Notes: generated by a model not told the origin, from the letters alone. Positions 28,201 to 39,114 are shown, counted from the stretch's first letter. The stretch: DNA of 64,000 nucleotides from Vicinamibacterales bacterium (GCA_965197385.1 CBDANA010000008.1:146155-210154), one strand, 5' to 3'. Numbers and translations: made by a program.

Positions 28201-29961
28201 ATGGCGACAATCGAAGATTATTCAGCGGCGCACGAGGAACTGATCACGGCGACACCCAGTCGCGTGCTGGCGGCGTTTTTCGAGCCGACGGCGCTGGCGG
28301 CCTGGTGGCTCACCAGCCGTTCTGTCACGGTGCCGCAGCCGTTGGGAGTCTACGCGGTGGAATGGGAACCGACGCGGTTCCGCGACGACATTCTCGGTCC
28401 GCTCGGCGGCGCGTTTCACGGCACCGTCATGGAACATCGCAAGGACCGGGAATTCTTCGTGGCCGATGCCTATTGGCTACCCCCCGAAGGGCCGCCGCTG
28501 GGCCCGATGGCGCTGGAGGTGACCTGCCAGATCGAGGGGCCGGCCACGAGGGTCCGGGTACGCCAAAGCGGCTGCGGCACCGGCGCGCGCTGGGAGCGGT
28601 ACTTCAGCGTCATCGATCCGGGCTGGATGACGTCACTGCGCTCGCTCAAGACCTACATCGAAGCAGGACCGGCGCGTGCGCTGGAAAACGCGCGCGGACA
28701 AGAAAGTCATGGCCCGTATCCGCCGGCTGGAGCGACCCACCGCCGCCCGCCGGGCACGGCGGAAATCGTAGTCGGAGGGTCGATGCCCGCAGACGTCATC
28801 GTCATCGGTGGCGGCGTCATCGGATCCAGCATCGCCTACCATCTGCTCGACGACGGATTCGCGGGACGCGTGATCGTCGTCGAGCGCGACCCGACATACG
28901 CCCGCGCGTCGTCGAACCTGGCGATGGGCGGCATCCGCCAGCAGTTCTCCTCCGCGCTCAACATCCAGCTGGCCCAGTTCAGCATCGCATTCTACGCAAC
29001 GTTCGACCGCCGCTTCGGATTAAGGGGCGCCGCCGTGGCAGCGTTCCGGCAACGCGGCTATCTCTTTCTGGTCGACGCCAGCAACCGCGATCGGTTCGAC
29101 GCCAGGTTCGAGCGTCAGCGGTCGTTGGGCGCCCGACTCTCGCGACTCTCGACCGCCGACATGGCGCGGCGAATCCCGGGCCTGGTCCTCGACGACATCG
29201 AATTCGGAATCCTGGGACCGGACGACGGGTATGCCAATCCCACAGCGGTCCTGCACGGGTTCAGACACGCGGCCCAATCGGCGGGAGCCGAGTTCGTGGC
29301 GGCAGAGGTCACGGCCTTGCGCCGCAACGGGCACCGAGTTCACGGTGTGGTCTTGAACGGCGACGAGGCGATCGACGGCGCGATCGTCGTCAACGCGGCC
29401 GGCCCGTACGCCGCGCGCATCGCGACGATGGCCGACCTGGACCTCCCCGTGCGGCCAGTTCGTCAGCATCTGTTCCGCGCGTATCTGCAGGCGAACGCCC
29501 CGGAACGGCACCCGATGATCGTCGACCCGTCCGGCGTGCACTGGCGCCAGGAGGATCCGGTCGCCCCGGGTGATCCCGACCGGATCATCGTGGCCTGCAC
29601 GAAACTGGACGAGCCCACGGGCGAGAACTTCGCGTGCGATCACAGTCGATGGGAACAGGAGTTCCTTCCGCCCCTGCGACGGCGTCTACCCGCGCATGGC
29701 GAGTACTCACGCGTGGAAGGATGGAGTGGCCTGTACGAGATGACGCCGGATCACAATCCGGTGATCGGCCAGCATCCCGACCGCCCCGGCCTCCTCTTCG
29801 CCAACGGCTTCAGCGGCCACGGCCTGATGATGGCCCCGGCCACTGGAAAAGCGGTGTCGGAGCTGGTGCGTCTTGGCCGCTGCGAGACGTTCGACCTCAC
29901 GCCGTTGCGCCTCACCCGCTTCGACGACGACCAACTCTTCTGGGATGAAGCGATGATCTGA
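28201..29961 (+). CDS. SRPBCC/AHSA1-like domain fused to an FAD-dependent (DAO-family) oxidoreductase
   Basis: N-terminal roughly 160 aa are AHSA1-like. These are followed by VIVIGGGVIGSSIAYHL (GxGxxG) and a DAO-like body, all in a single ORF with no internal stop. Confidence 0.7.
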   Translation: MATIEDYSAAHEELITATPSRVLAAFFEPTALAAWWLTSRSVTVPQPLGVYAVEWEPTRFRDDILGPLGGAFHGTVMEHRKDREFFVADAYWLPPEGPPLGPMALEVTCQIEGPATRVRVRQSGCGTGARWERYFSVIDPGWMTSLRSLKTYIEAGPARALENARGQESHGPYPPAGATHRRPPGTAEIVVGGSMPADVIVIGGGVIGSSIAYHLLDDGFAGRVIVVERDPTYARASSNLAMGGIRQQFSSALNIQLAQFSIAFYATFDRRFGLRGAAVAAFRQRGYLFLVDASNRDRFDARFERQRSLGARLSRLSTADMARRIPGLVLDDIEFGILGPDDGYANPTAVLHGFRHAAQSAGAEFVAAEVTALRRNGHRVHGVVLNGDEAIDGAIVVNAAGPYAARIATMADLDLPVRPVRQHLFRAYLQANAPERHPMIVDPSGVHWRQEDPVAPGDPDRIIVACTKLDEPTGENFACDHSRWEQEFLPPLRRRLPAHGEYSRVEGWSGLYEMTPDHNPVIGQHPDRPGLLFANGFSGHGLMMAPATGKAVSELVRLGRCETFDLTPLRLTRFDDDQLFWDEAMI

Positions 29962-29972
29962 CCGGACCGTCG

Positions 29973-31391
29973 TCAGCCGTCGCCACCGACCCGACGCAGC
30001 GTCAGAAAATTGGCGTCGTCCCGCGTCAGCTCACCATGGACCCGGACGAAGACGACCACCGCACCAGCCGCGAGGTGCCCGTCGGCGACGAGCCGCCGCT
30101 CGACGGTGCCGCGGTCGTCGTTGATGTCTCCCACGAGCGCGGCTACAATCGGCCTGACCCCCCATCGCAACGTCAAGCGCCGCGCCACGGCTTCACGATT
30201 GGCCGCCGCGTAGATGATGGAATGAGGCCGCAGCGTGGAGAGCAGCTCGGCCGTATGACCCGCCCGCGTGATGGCCACAATCGCCTCGGCGCCGCTGCGT
30301 GTCGCCAGCGTCACGGCAGCTTCGCACAGCGCATTGTCATGGCGGCGCCCCTCGCTGACCGGCGGTGGCGGCCCCGGCGAGAGACGTTCCGCCTCGCGAA
30401 TGATCGCGTCGAGCGTCTTCACACAGGTCGCCGGGTGGCGGCCGATGGCTGTTTCGCCAGCCAGCATGATGGCGTCGACCCCTTCGTCGACGGCTGTCGC
30501 GGCGTCACCGACCTCGGCGCGCGTCGGCCGCAGCTCGTGACGCATCGACTCGAGCACTTGAGTCGCGACGACCACGGGGACGCCACGTGATCGAGCGGCA
30601 CGGACAATTGTCTTCTGCACGCCTGGCACCCGTTCCAACGGCATTTCGAGCCCTAGATCTCCCCTGGCCACCATGACCCCGTCCGACACCTCAAGAATCG
30701 ACTCGAGGTTCTCGACTGCCTGCGGGCGTTCGATCTTCGCGATCAACGGAATGTCTGGCCGACCTGCCTCGACTGCGAGACGGCGGGCTCCTCTCAGGTC
30801 ATCGGCCGACTGCACGAAGCTGATCGCCACGATGTCGACACCCAGATCGAGGCCGAACGCCAGGTCCGCAGTATCCTTTGCCGTCAGTGCGGAATCGGGC
30901 AGCGTGACGCCTGGCGCGGTGATTCCTTTGTGCTCGCCGAGGGTGCCACCGGCAATCACGTGGGCCATGAGCTCGACACCGTCCGATTCGTCGACTTCGA
31001 GCTCGATTCGCCCGTCATCGAGCAGCAATCGGTCGCCGGCGCGGACCGACGCCGCCAAGCCGCCGTACTGCACCGACAGCCGGTCATGAGTTCCGGCAAA
31101 ATCTCCGGTGGCGATCCGAATCGCCTGACCCTCTCGGAGCGTCAGTGCCACCCCGTCGACGAGCGTGCCCGTCCGAATCTTCGGCCCGCTCAGGTCTTGC
31201 ATGATCGCGACCACGCGGCCAGCCCGCGTCGCCGCGGCCCGCACGACGGCGCACATCTGGGCATGGTCGTCCTGAGATCCGTGTGAAAAGTTCAGGCGAA
31301 TGATGTCGGTACCTGCGTCGATCAACCCCTGGACAACATCAGCCTGGCGGCTCGCCGGCCCGAGCGTGGCGATAATCTTGGTGTGGCGCAC
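29973..31391 (-). CDS. pyk: pyruvate kinase
   Basis: TKIIATLGPAS, NFSHG, GPKIRTG and MVARGDLG motifs; GTG start at 31391. Confidence 0.93.
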   Translation of the reverse strand: MRHTKIIATLGPASRQADVVQGLIDAGTDIIRLNFSHGSQDDHAQMCAVVRAAATRAGRVVAIMQDLSGPKIRTGTLVDGVALTLREGQAIRIATGDFAGTHDRLSVQYGGLAASVRAGDRLLLDDGRIELEVDESDGVELMAHVIAGGTLGEHKGITAPGVTLPDSALTAKDTADLAFGLDLGVDIVAISFVQSADDLRGARRLAVEAGRPDIPLIAKIERPQAVENLESILEVSDGVMVARGDLGLEMPLERVPGVQKTIVRAARSRGVPVVVATQVLESMRHELRPTRAEVGDAATAVDEGVDAIMLAGETAIGRHPATCVKTLDAIIREAERLSPGPPPPVSEGRRHDNALCEAAVTLATRSGAEAIVAITRAGHTAELLSTLRPHSIIYAAANREAVARRLTLRWGVRPIVAALVGDINDDRGTVERRLVADGHLAAGAVVVFVRVHGELTRDDANFLTLRRVGGDG

Positions 31392-31581
31392 GGTATCGTC
31401 AGGTTACCGTACACCGCGGCTCGCGATGCCTGACGAGCTTGCGCGAACGTCAACCAGGCATCGGTAGAGTCGAGGACGGGCGCGGGCGCGGTAGGCCTGG
31501 GGAGTCGCAGTAGCCGGCGGCTTTCGCAGAACGCCGGTGCCTCAATCCAGGCCATGGCGCCGTTTCCCGTCCCCGCTCATC

Positions 31582-31614
<33 letters not shown>

Positions 31615-31630
31615 TCCGACTGGTTTCACA

Positions 31631-33016
31631 TCAAGACACACGCACCACGCCACGAGGCAGCGCACGCAGCCGCAGGACTCCGAGTGACCCGAAGACCTGC
31701 TCAGCGGCGAAGCGCCGGGTGCCGCGCGTCGGCACCTTGTGGCGTCGGCTGAGGAAGTGCCGCACGGCTTGGTAGACGTAGTGGTCAACCGCGCGATAGA
31801 CCGGCGCCCGCGTGCCGTAGCTGAAATACATCCCCCAGCCACGGAGCAGGCGGTTGAGCCCATCGCCCACCTCGGCCCACGGGCCCTGATTCCCAGGGCG
31901 CAGCCGCGCACGCACGGCGGCTTTGACCCGCTGGACGCTCTTGGTCGACGGCGCTGCGACCAGATACCAGCGGCCATTCGACCGGTACCGTCGCCACCCA
32001 AAGGTATAGCCCAGAAAGTCGAATGCCTCGCGATGCGCGTGTCGGACACACGTTTTGGTGTCGTTCAGGGTCAGCTTCAGGTGGCCCATCGCCCACCGGG
32101 TCCACGCCAGCGCTTCCGTGGCGTGCCCACGGCTGAGGATGACAAAGTCATCCGCGTAGTTGATGAGCCGCGCCTGAAACTGGTCGCCCTTCCCGCGAGT
32201 TCGCCAGACCCGAAGAAAGCGATGCCTGTAAATATTGGCGAGGAGCGGACTGGTGACCCCGCCTTGCGGCGTGCCTCGTGTGGTCCGTTTCCCGCCACTC
32301 ATGCGTCGCCGACCTCGCGCATCCCGCTCCTCGACCGGCACCTTCAGCCAGTTTTTGAGGAGCCGCAACATCGCCCCGTCGGCCACACGGCGCGCGACGT
32401 TCTGCAGCAGCTCCTGATGCGGGATCGTGTCGAAATACTTCGACAGGTCCGCGTCCACCACCTCGGTGTAGCCCGCGCACAGCGCGCGATGCACCTCCTG
32501 GACCGCTGCCTGGGCGCTTCGGTTCGGCCGATAGCCATACGCACTGGCTTCGAACCCCGCCTCAAAGACCGGTTCCAGCACCAGCTTGGTGGTGGTTTGC
32601 ACCACCAGGTCCCGAATCGTCGGAACCCCCAGTGGTCGCTCCCCCCCCGCCCGGCTTGGGAAGTAGAACCCGGCGCACCGGGTTCGGTCGATACGTCTTC
32701 GCCTGCAGCGTCCTCCTCAGGTCCGCCAGCCACGCTTCCACGCCTGCTGCCTCGATGTCAGCGAAGGCAACCCCATCGACCCCCGGTGCCCCCGCCGCCG
32801 CGCGGGAGAGGCGATAGGCGTGCGCCAGGATGTCTTCGCGATGCACCTTGTCATACAGGGCATAGAAGCGAAACCGCGGGGCTTGCTTCGCCTTGATGTA
32901 GAGTTTCCGCTGGAGCCGCCGAACACGATCAAGAGTCCGTCAGGCTCACGCCAATCCCCCAGTCCTTGGCTCGGTAGGAAGCACCCAGAAGTGAGGCCCC
33001 TTCCCTCCCCCGGCAT
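31631..33016 (-). pseudogene. group II intron reverse transcriptase/maturase in three frame segments
   Basis: Segments: LQRKLYIKAKQAPRFRFYALYDKVHREDIL..GAPGVDG | ERPLGVPTIRDLVVQ..YADDFVIL..maturase. The breaks are at the C8 run 32641-32648 and near 32930. Confidence 0.8.
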
Positions 33017-33465
33017 TACCCGGGTTCCGCAGTACTATGGGCCTCTCCGACGCCCACGCCGGCCGGCCCCCGAGGGGCCGTTGCGCATCGCGACCGCGCA
33101 CCGCACATGGGCCTCCCACGTTGCCCGGAGCACCGTGCGCACGTGCCGTTCCCACTACCCCGGTGGACTCCACACCTTGCGTCGGTTGCTGCGGGCGTGG
33201 ATGACAGCCTTCCCCGGTATACCGGCGGGTCGGCGTCCACATTGGTACTTTCGAGGCCTGCTCAGGATTCACTCGCGTTACGGCCCGTGAACTTGCTAAC
33301 CTCCCCGAAGGAGGCATTGTCCCTGCCGCTTCGGCGGTCGCCCGCCGGGCAGGCAGCTACTGCGTCGAATCGACAATTACGCAGGTGGATCTTTCATCCA
33401 CTGGTCCTCCGCGCCTTTCGTGGCGCACGGTATACTCCCCCCCGACTGGCTCTCCAGAGAACGCG

Positions 33466-33654
33466 ATGCGACAAGACGAGTGGGCGGCGGCAATCAAAGC
33501 GGATGCGGTGCGCCGGGGTCTGCCAGAACTCGCTCCCTTGCTCGACGGCTTGATCAAAGCCGCCCAGGTACTCAGGGATGCCGACTGGAACGCGTCCGCC
33601 GATCGGACTGCCCAGGCGGAACCCGACTCACTGCGGGGCGGGCGTGACCGCTGA
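33466..33654 (+). CDS. small GatC/AtzG-like (DUF4089-like) protein, tentative
   Basis: 62-aa ORF from ATG 33466. Its TGA overlaps the GTG start region of the downstream amidase (GTGACCGCTGA). Confidence 0.45.
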   Translation: MRQDEWAAAIKADAVRRGLPELAPLLDGLIKAAQVLRDADWNASADRTAQAEPDSLRGGRDR

Positions 33655-34993
33655 CGTCAGCGAGCTGACGATCGACGAATTAGCGCCGATGATCGAAGGC
33701 CAATCGCTCTCGGCGCGCGAGCTGACCGACGCCTGCCTCCAACGAATCGACGAACGTGACGGAGAGATCAACGCGTTCATCACCGTCGACGCGGCAGGCG
33801 CCCGCGCCGCCGCCGCCCATGCGGATGACGATACGGCGGCTGGGCGGTATCGCGGGCCGCTCCATGGGATCCCGATCTCCGTAAAGGATCTGATCGACGT
33901 TGTCGGCATGCCGACCACGGCGGCCTCGAAGGTCCGTCCGCGCGACGCCGCCACCCGCGACGCCAGGGTCGTCAGGGCCCTGAAGACCGCCGGCGCGGTC
34001 ATCCTCGGAAAGTGCAACCTCCACGAATTCGCGTTTGGTACAACGGGCGAGGATTCCGCGTTCGGACCGACCCGGAACCCGCACGACACGGATCGCTCTC
34101 CGGGCGGCTCGAGCGGTGGCTCGGCCGCAGCCGTCGCAACCGGGATGGGCGTCGGCTCGATCGGGACCGACACCGGCGGATCGATCCGAATCCCGTCGGC
34201 CGCGTGCGGAACCGTCGGGCTGAAACCGGGCTACGGAGAACTGTCGGTCGACGGCATCGTGCCACTGAGCGGCTCGCTCGATCATGTCGGCCCGCTGTGC
34301 CGGAGTGTGCGCGACGTCTGGGTGGTATACCGATCCATGGCCGGCGAGGCCTGTCCGGCGCGGTTGGACCCGGTCTCGACCGCTCGGCTGCGCCTCGCCA
34401 TACCGCGCGGGTACTTCCTCGATCACGTCGACCCGAGCGTGCGAGCCACGTTCGATGCCGCGCTCGAGCGACTGCGGGCATCCGGCACGAGCGTCAACGA
34501 CGTCAGCATCGCACATGCGGACCAGATTACGGCGATCTACCTCCACATCGTGCTCTCCGAAGGCATGGCCTACCACGCGCGCACGCTGCACTCGCGGCCC
34601 GCCGACTACACGCCCGGCGTCCGCCTGCGGCTGGAGATGGGCCGGTACGTACTGGCCGAGGACTACCTCCGGGCGCAGCGTGGTCGGGAGATCTTGCGGC
34701 ACGAAGTCGATGCGGCGTTGGATGGCTGCGACGCCCTCGTGCTGCCGACGCTGGCCATTCCGGCGCCACGGCTCGGCAGCGACGAAATCGAAGTCGATGG
34801 TCTGATCGATTCCGTCCGCGGCGTGACGCTGCGTCTGACGCAGGCGTTCAACCTGACGGGGCACCCGGCCGTGTCGCTGCCGTGCGGCACGACGCCTGAC
34901 GGGCTGCCGTGCGGCCTGCAACTGATTGGGCACGCCGGGCGGACGGGGGAGCTGCTTCGCGTCGCACTCGCCGTCGAGGCGCACATTCGGTAG
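33644..34993 (+). CDS. amidase-signature family amidase (GatA/AtzE-like)
   Basis: GGSSGGSAAAV..GTDTGGSIRIPSA signature. GTG at 33644 is chosen from the coupling with the upstream ORF. Confidence 0.85.
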   Translation: MTADVSELTIDELAPMIEGQSLSARELTDACLQRIDERDGEINAFITVDAAGARAAAAHADDDTAAGRYRGPLHGIPISVKDLIDVVGMPTTAASKVRPRDAATRDARVVRALKTAGAVILGKCNLHEFAFGTTGEDSAFGPTRNPHDTDRSPGGSSGGSAAAVATGMGVGSIGTDTGGSIRIPSAACGTVGLKPGYGELSVDGIVPLSGSLDHVGPLCRSVRDVWVVYRSMAGEACPARLDPVSTARLRLAIPRGYFLDHVDPSVRATFDAALERLRASGTSVNDVSIAHADQITAIYLHIVLSEGMAYHARTLHSRPADYTPGVRLRLEMGRYVLAEDYLRAQRGREILRHEVDAALDGCDALVLPTLAIPAPRLGSDEIEVDGLIDSVRGVTLRLTQAFNLTGHPAVSLPCGTTPDGLPCGLQLIGHAGRTGELLRVALAVEAHIR

Positions 34994-35029
34994 CCGACGA
35001 AACATTCGGCGTCGACTCTTCCCCAGACC

Positions 35030-36055
35030 GTGATCGGAACACTTTTCCACGCGTGGGAACGCCGGCTGGCGGCCGTGACGACCGACCGCGTGGTGCGGCC
35101 GTTCGAATGGGGAGCGGACTGGATTCCGCCGACGGACCGCCCTGCCGGTGAACCGGCCGACGTCGCGCTGCAGCGCTGGGTCGATCGCGCCATGGGCGAC
35201 ACGGATCGATATTTCGCCGTGACGCCGGCGGACGACTACCAGCTTGACGGCGATCGGCTCACCTTTGCCAGCGCGCTGACCACCCCTCATACCGCCAACA
35301 ACACGGTGCACGCCAGACTGATACGACGTGAGCGCGCCGGCACCGCGCTTGGCGATCGTCCTGTCGTGATCGTCCTGCCGCAGTGGAACGCCGACCCGGA
35401 CGGCCACATGGGCCTCTGCCGCCTGCTGACGCGGGCGGGTATGGACGCGCTGCGGCTCAGCCTGCCGTATCACGATCGACGGATGCCAGCGGAACTGCAC
35501 CGCGCCGACTACATCGTCAGCGCCAACGTCGGTCGCACGCTGGAAGTGTGCCGTCAGGCGGTGCTCGACGTCCGGCGCGCGGTCCGGTGGCTCGAGCAGG
35601 TGGGGTACCGCCGGATTGCCATCCTCGGCACCAGCCTCGGGTCGTGCCTGGCGATACTCACGGCGGCACACGAGCCGGCGATTCAGACCCTGGCACTGAA
35701 CCACATCTCGCCATTCTTTGCCGACGTCGTCTGGGAGGGCCTGTCCACGTCGCACATCCGAGCGGGACTGGACGGACAGATCACACTCGACCAACTGCGG
35801 CGCCTGTGGATGCCGATCAGCCCGTTTCCGTGTCTCGAGCGGGTCCGGGGGCGCGCGATCCTCCTGGTCTATGCGCGCTGGGATCTCACCTTTCCCGTCG
35901 CCCTGTCCCGGCGGCTCGTCGCGGAGTTCCGACGGCTGGACGTGGACCACCGGGAAACCGTGCTCCCATGCGGACATTACTCCACCGCCATCGCGCCGTT
36001 CAGCTGGCTCGATGGATTCGTGCTGACGAAGTTCTTGCGTCGTAGCCTCTGTTGA
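35030..36055 (+). CDS. alpha/beta hydrolase family protein
   Basis: GTSLGS nucleophile elbow and a late His (PCGHY). Confidence 0.65.
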   Translation: MIGTLFHAWERRLAAVTTDRVVRPFEWGADWIPPTDRPAGEPADVALQRWVDRAMGDTDRYFAVTPADDYQLDGDRLTFASALTTPHTANNTVHARLIRRERAGTALGDRPVVIVLPQWNADPDGHMGLCRLLTRAGMDALRLSLPYHDRRMPAELHRADYIVSANVGRTLEVCRQAVLDVRRAVRWLEQVGYRRIAILGTSLGSCLAILTAAHEPAIQTLALNHISPFFADVVWEGLSTSHIRAGLDGQITLDQLRRLWMPISPFPCLERVRGRAILLVYARWDLTFPVALSRRLVAEFRRLDVDHRETVLPCGHYSTAIAPFSWLDGFVLTKFLRRSLC

Positions 36056-36108
36056 TGTCCATCGCGCGAGTGTCCCTCTGGCCGGGCGCGGGTCACATGA
36101 CAGCTGAC

Positions 36109-36312
36109 TTACAGGTAGCGCAGCAGATCCCGCAGCGCCCGGTAGAGGACATCGGCCAGCTCGCGGATCAGCGGTGAGATCTCCCCCTCGCTAACAGCAT
36201 CGGCCACGGTCACAGGGTCGGTCAGCACGAGCCAGACCGTCGCCCCGGCCAGCGTCGCTGCGATCAGACCGGCAAACCCGAAGACGCCGAGACCGAACCT
36301 CGCGAAATTCAT
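36109..36312 (-). CDS. small membrane protein
   Basis: 67 aa with one clear hydrophobic helix (FGLGVFGFAGLIAATLAGATVWLVL). Confidence 0.4.
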   Translation of the reverse strand: MNFARFGLGVFGFAGLIAATLAGATVWLVLTDPVTVADAVSEGEISPLIRELADVLYRALRDLLRYL

Positions 36313-36376
36313 GCGGACGGACCGCCACCCTCGATCGTCTTTGACGAACGAGGCGGCAACCCGGTTCTCCGAACGG

Positions 36377-37744
36377 TCACAGCAGGTCGAACGCCGTGGG
36401 CGGCCCCAGGCCGACCTCGGCCACGGCAGCCGACACGGCTGCGCGATCGCCGACGATCACGGCCGACAGGCGGCCTGGGTCCAGATGATCGCGAGCCACC
36501 TGCGCGACGTCTGCGACGCTCACTGCCGCCACGCAACGCCCAAACTGGCTGAAATGGTCGTCCGGTAACCCGTGGAGCGCCACCTGTGCCAGACCGCGCG
36601 CGACCTGCTCGGCGGTCTCGAACCCCCGAGAATACCCTCGCGTGAGTCCCGCCACGGCTCGCTCGAGCTCGAGTCGCGTCACCGGACGCCCGTCGCGCAC
36701 GGCGCGAATCTCGTCGAGCACCTCGCGGATCGACGCCGAGGTCGCCGCCGTCTCCACGGCGGTCTGGACCAGGAACGGCCCGGGTCGCCGTCGAAAGTCG
36801 AAGGCCGAGCGCACGCCATACGTGTACCCCTTGTCCTCACGCAGATTCAAGTTGATCCGGCTGGTGAATTGGCCGCCCAGTGCCATGTTCAAGACCAGCA
36901 GCGGAAAATAATCTGGCGTGTCGCGTGAGACGGCCACGTGGCCGATCCGGAGCTCGGACTGTGCCGCGCCCGGCCGATCGACCACGACCAGCCGCGGCGG
37001 GTCCGCGGCCACTTCCGAATGGCCACCCACCGGCTCAGACGCCTCGGAGGCGCCGGCCCAGCTCGCGAACGCCTCCGCCGCCATCCCCGCCAGGTTCTCG
37101 TGCGACCCGTCCCCGACGACGATCAGCGTCGCCAGTGTCGGCCGATAGCACTGGGCGTGGAACCTCACGACGTCGTCCCGTGCGAGCGTGCGCACCCCGC
37201 CCTCCGTGCCAAACGACAGATGACCGTAGGGCTGGCGCCCGTACAGCAGCCGCGCGAACGTGCGGTCCGCAATGACGGGGGCCACCTCACGCAGCTGGGT
37301 GAGCCGGTCGAGCCTCAGCGCCCGCACGCGGTCGAACGCCCCGGTGTCGAACCGAGGCTCCCTGACGAGCTCGGCCAGTAGTGACAGGCCGTCACCGGCG
37401 ACACGCGCGAGGGTCGTCAGACGAACCATCGTCGCGTCCATGCCGGCGTCGACGTCGAACTGCGCCCCGAGCCGGCCGAAACACTCGGACACCTCGAGCC
37501 CGGTGCGGACCCTGGTCCCCTCATCCAGCAGCGCCGCAGTCAGCGACGCCAGGCCCGCCTGACCGGCCGGATCGCTCGCAGCGCCGCACCGGAGCAAGAG
37601 CAGCGCGCTCACGACCGGCATCTTCCGATGCTGGATGGTCCTGACGTCTAGCCCGTTCGGCAAGGTCGTCCGGCGGGCGGTGGGGAATACGAACGTGGGA
37701 TCCGGTCCGACCGACGGCACGCGGCTCCGATCGACCGTCATCAC
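36377..37744 (-). CDS. M16-family peptidase, non-catalytic-type subunit
   Basis: M16 fold pattern without HxxEH. Its start overlaps the stop of the upstream M16 gene. Confidence 0.8.
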   Translation of the reverse strand: MMTVDRSRVPSVGPDPTFVFPTARRTTLPNGLDVRTIQHRKMPVVSALLLLRCGAASDPAGQAGLASLTAALLDEGTRVRTGLEVSECFGRLGAQFDVDAGMDATMVRLTTLARVAGDGLSLLAELVREPRFDTGAFDRVRALRLDRLTQLREVAPVIADRTFARLLYGRQPYGHLSFGTEGGVRTLARDDVVRFHAQCYRPTLATLIVVGDGSHENLAGMAAEAFASWAGASEASEPVGGHSEVAADPPRLVVVDRPGAAQSELRIGHVAVSRDTPDYFPLLVLNMALGGQFTSRINLNLREDKGYTYGVRSAFDFRRRPGPFLVQTAVETAATSASIREVLDEIRAVRDGRPVTRLELERAVAGLTRGYSRGFETAEQVARGLAQVALHGLPDDHFSQFGRCVAAVSVADVAQVARDHLDPGRLSAVIVGDRAAVSAAVAEVGLGPPTAFDLL

Positions 37745-39114
37745 GACACCATCGCGCCGACCGAGCCGGGCAGCGCCACGTGCGCTGACCCGCGCGGCAC
37801 GGCGCTCACCGCAACCCGGCGAGCCCGAGTCAGATGACGACCGACAACGCCGAGGACCCCGTCGGCGGTCACGTCACGATACCGGGCCAGGTCGGTGTCG
37901 AAGTAGCCCGGGTCCGCGACCATCATGTTGTACCCGTTGAGCTGATCGGACTTGCCGCCGAACCCGCCCACTGTCTGCAACCGGTAGACGAAGTGCGCCT
38001 CGACCTGGGCCAAGCTCCGCTCGAGCTCGACGAGCGTCGGCCCCTCGGCTTGCAGCCGGCCGAGCTCGGCGGTGATCACCTCGTCGAGCTCGGCCAGGAC
38101 GCAGCCGGGCGCCGCCGTCGCGACGATCTGAAACACCCCGGACAACTCCCGCGACCACTGCGTCGCCCTGACATCGCTGGCGATCCGGAGCTCCTGCACC
38201 AGGGTCTTGTAGAGCCGCGACGCCTTGCCATTCGACAGAACGTCGGCCAGCACGTCCAGCTCGGCGTCACCCGGCGCGAACAGACGCGGCGCATGCCAGG
38301 CCAGATACAACCGTGGACGCTCGACGCGGTCCTCGAGCACCAGGCGCGTGTCGGCCGGCAGCGTCGGCTCCTCGACCGTCACCCGCGAGACCGGCGCACT
38401 GGCAGGAATGTCCTCGAAATACCGCTTCGCCAGGGCGATCCCTTCGCTGGCCTCGATGTCGCCCGCCAGCGCCAGCGACGCGTTTCCGGGATGGTAGAAC
38501 ATCCGAAAGAACGACCGGATGTCGTCGTACTCGGCCGCACGCAGGTCCGCGGCGCTTCCGATCGTCGTCCAGTGATACGGATGGTCCGGCGGATAGAGCG
38601 CCGCCATCGTAGCCATCCCGACCATGCCGTAGGGTCGATTCTCGTAGCTCTGCCGCCGCTCGTTCAGCACGACGTCCCGCTGATGCTCGAACTTCTCCGG
38701 CGTCAGCGCTGGGAGCAGATAGCCCATCCGGTCCGATTCCATCCACAGCGCCAACTCGAGCGCGTTCGTCGGCACAACCTCCCAGTAGTTCGTGCGATCG
38801 GCGTTCGTCGAACCGTTGACCGCCGCGCCGGCTTGCTGCAGCGGGTAAAAGTACCCGCGATCGTGATGCTCCGAGCCCTCGAACATCAGGTGTTCGAACA
38901 AATGGGCGAACCCGGTGCGGCCCGGGCGCTCATTCTTCGATCCGACGTGGTACCAGATGTTGACCGCGACGATCGGACAACCGTGATCTTCGTGCACAAT
39001 CACATCCAGCCCATTGTCGAGCGTCTGTTTGACGAACGGCACATCCATGATGGTGAGCGCCCGGCCGGGCTTCCGTGTGGCGCCTCTGCCGCCTCTGTGC
39101 GGCGCGACGTTCAC
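37741..39114 (-). CDS. M16-family zinc peptidase (catalytic type)
   Basis: HLFEHLMFEG (HxxEH) motif. The start may instead be the ATG at 39048. Confidence 0.85.
   Translation of the reverse strand: MNVAPHRGGRGATRKPGRALTIMDVPFVKQTLDNGLDVIVHEDHGCPIVAVNIWYHVGSKNERPGRTGFAHLFEHLMFEGSEHHDRGYFYPLQQAGAAVNGSTNADRTNYWEVVPTNALELALWMESDRMGYLLPALTPEKFEHQRDVVLNERRQSYENRPYGMVGMATMAALYPPDHPYHWTTIGSAADLRAAEYDDIRSFFRMFYHPGNASLALAGDIEASEGIALAKRYFEDIPASAPVSRVTVEEPTLPADTRLVLEDRVERPRLYLAWHAPRLFAPGDAELDVLADVLSNGKASRLYKTLVQELRIASDVRATQWSRELSGVFQIVATAAPGCVLAELDEVITAELGRLQAEGPTLVELERSLAQVEAHFVYRLQTVGGFGGKSDQLNGYNMMVADPGYFDTDLARYRDVTADGVLGVVGRHLTRARRVAVSAVPRGSAHVALPGSVGAMVS

Noticed and set aside
33680-35977. Very long ORFs on the strand opposite annotated genes, for example 33680-35977(-), 345-965(-), 1357-2328(-), 6105-7151(-), 37834-39147(+), 45265-46518(+) and 49044-50009(+).
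   Set aside because: These are typical high-GC shadow ORFs. Their translations are Arg/Gly/Pro/Ala-rich with no motifs, and each overlaps a gene on the other strand that has clear family signatures.
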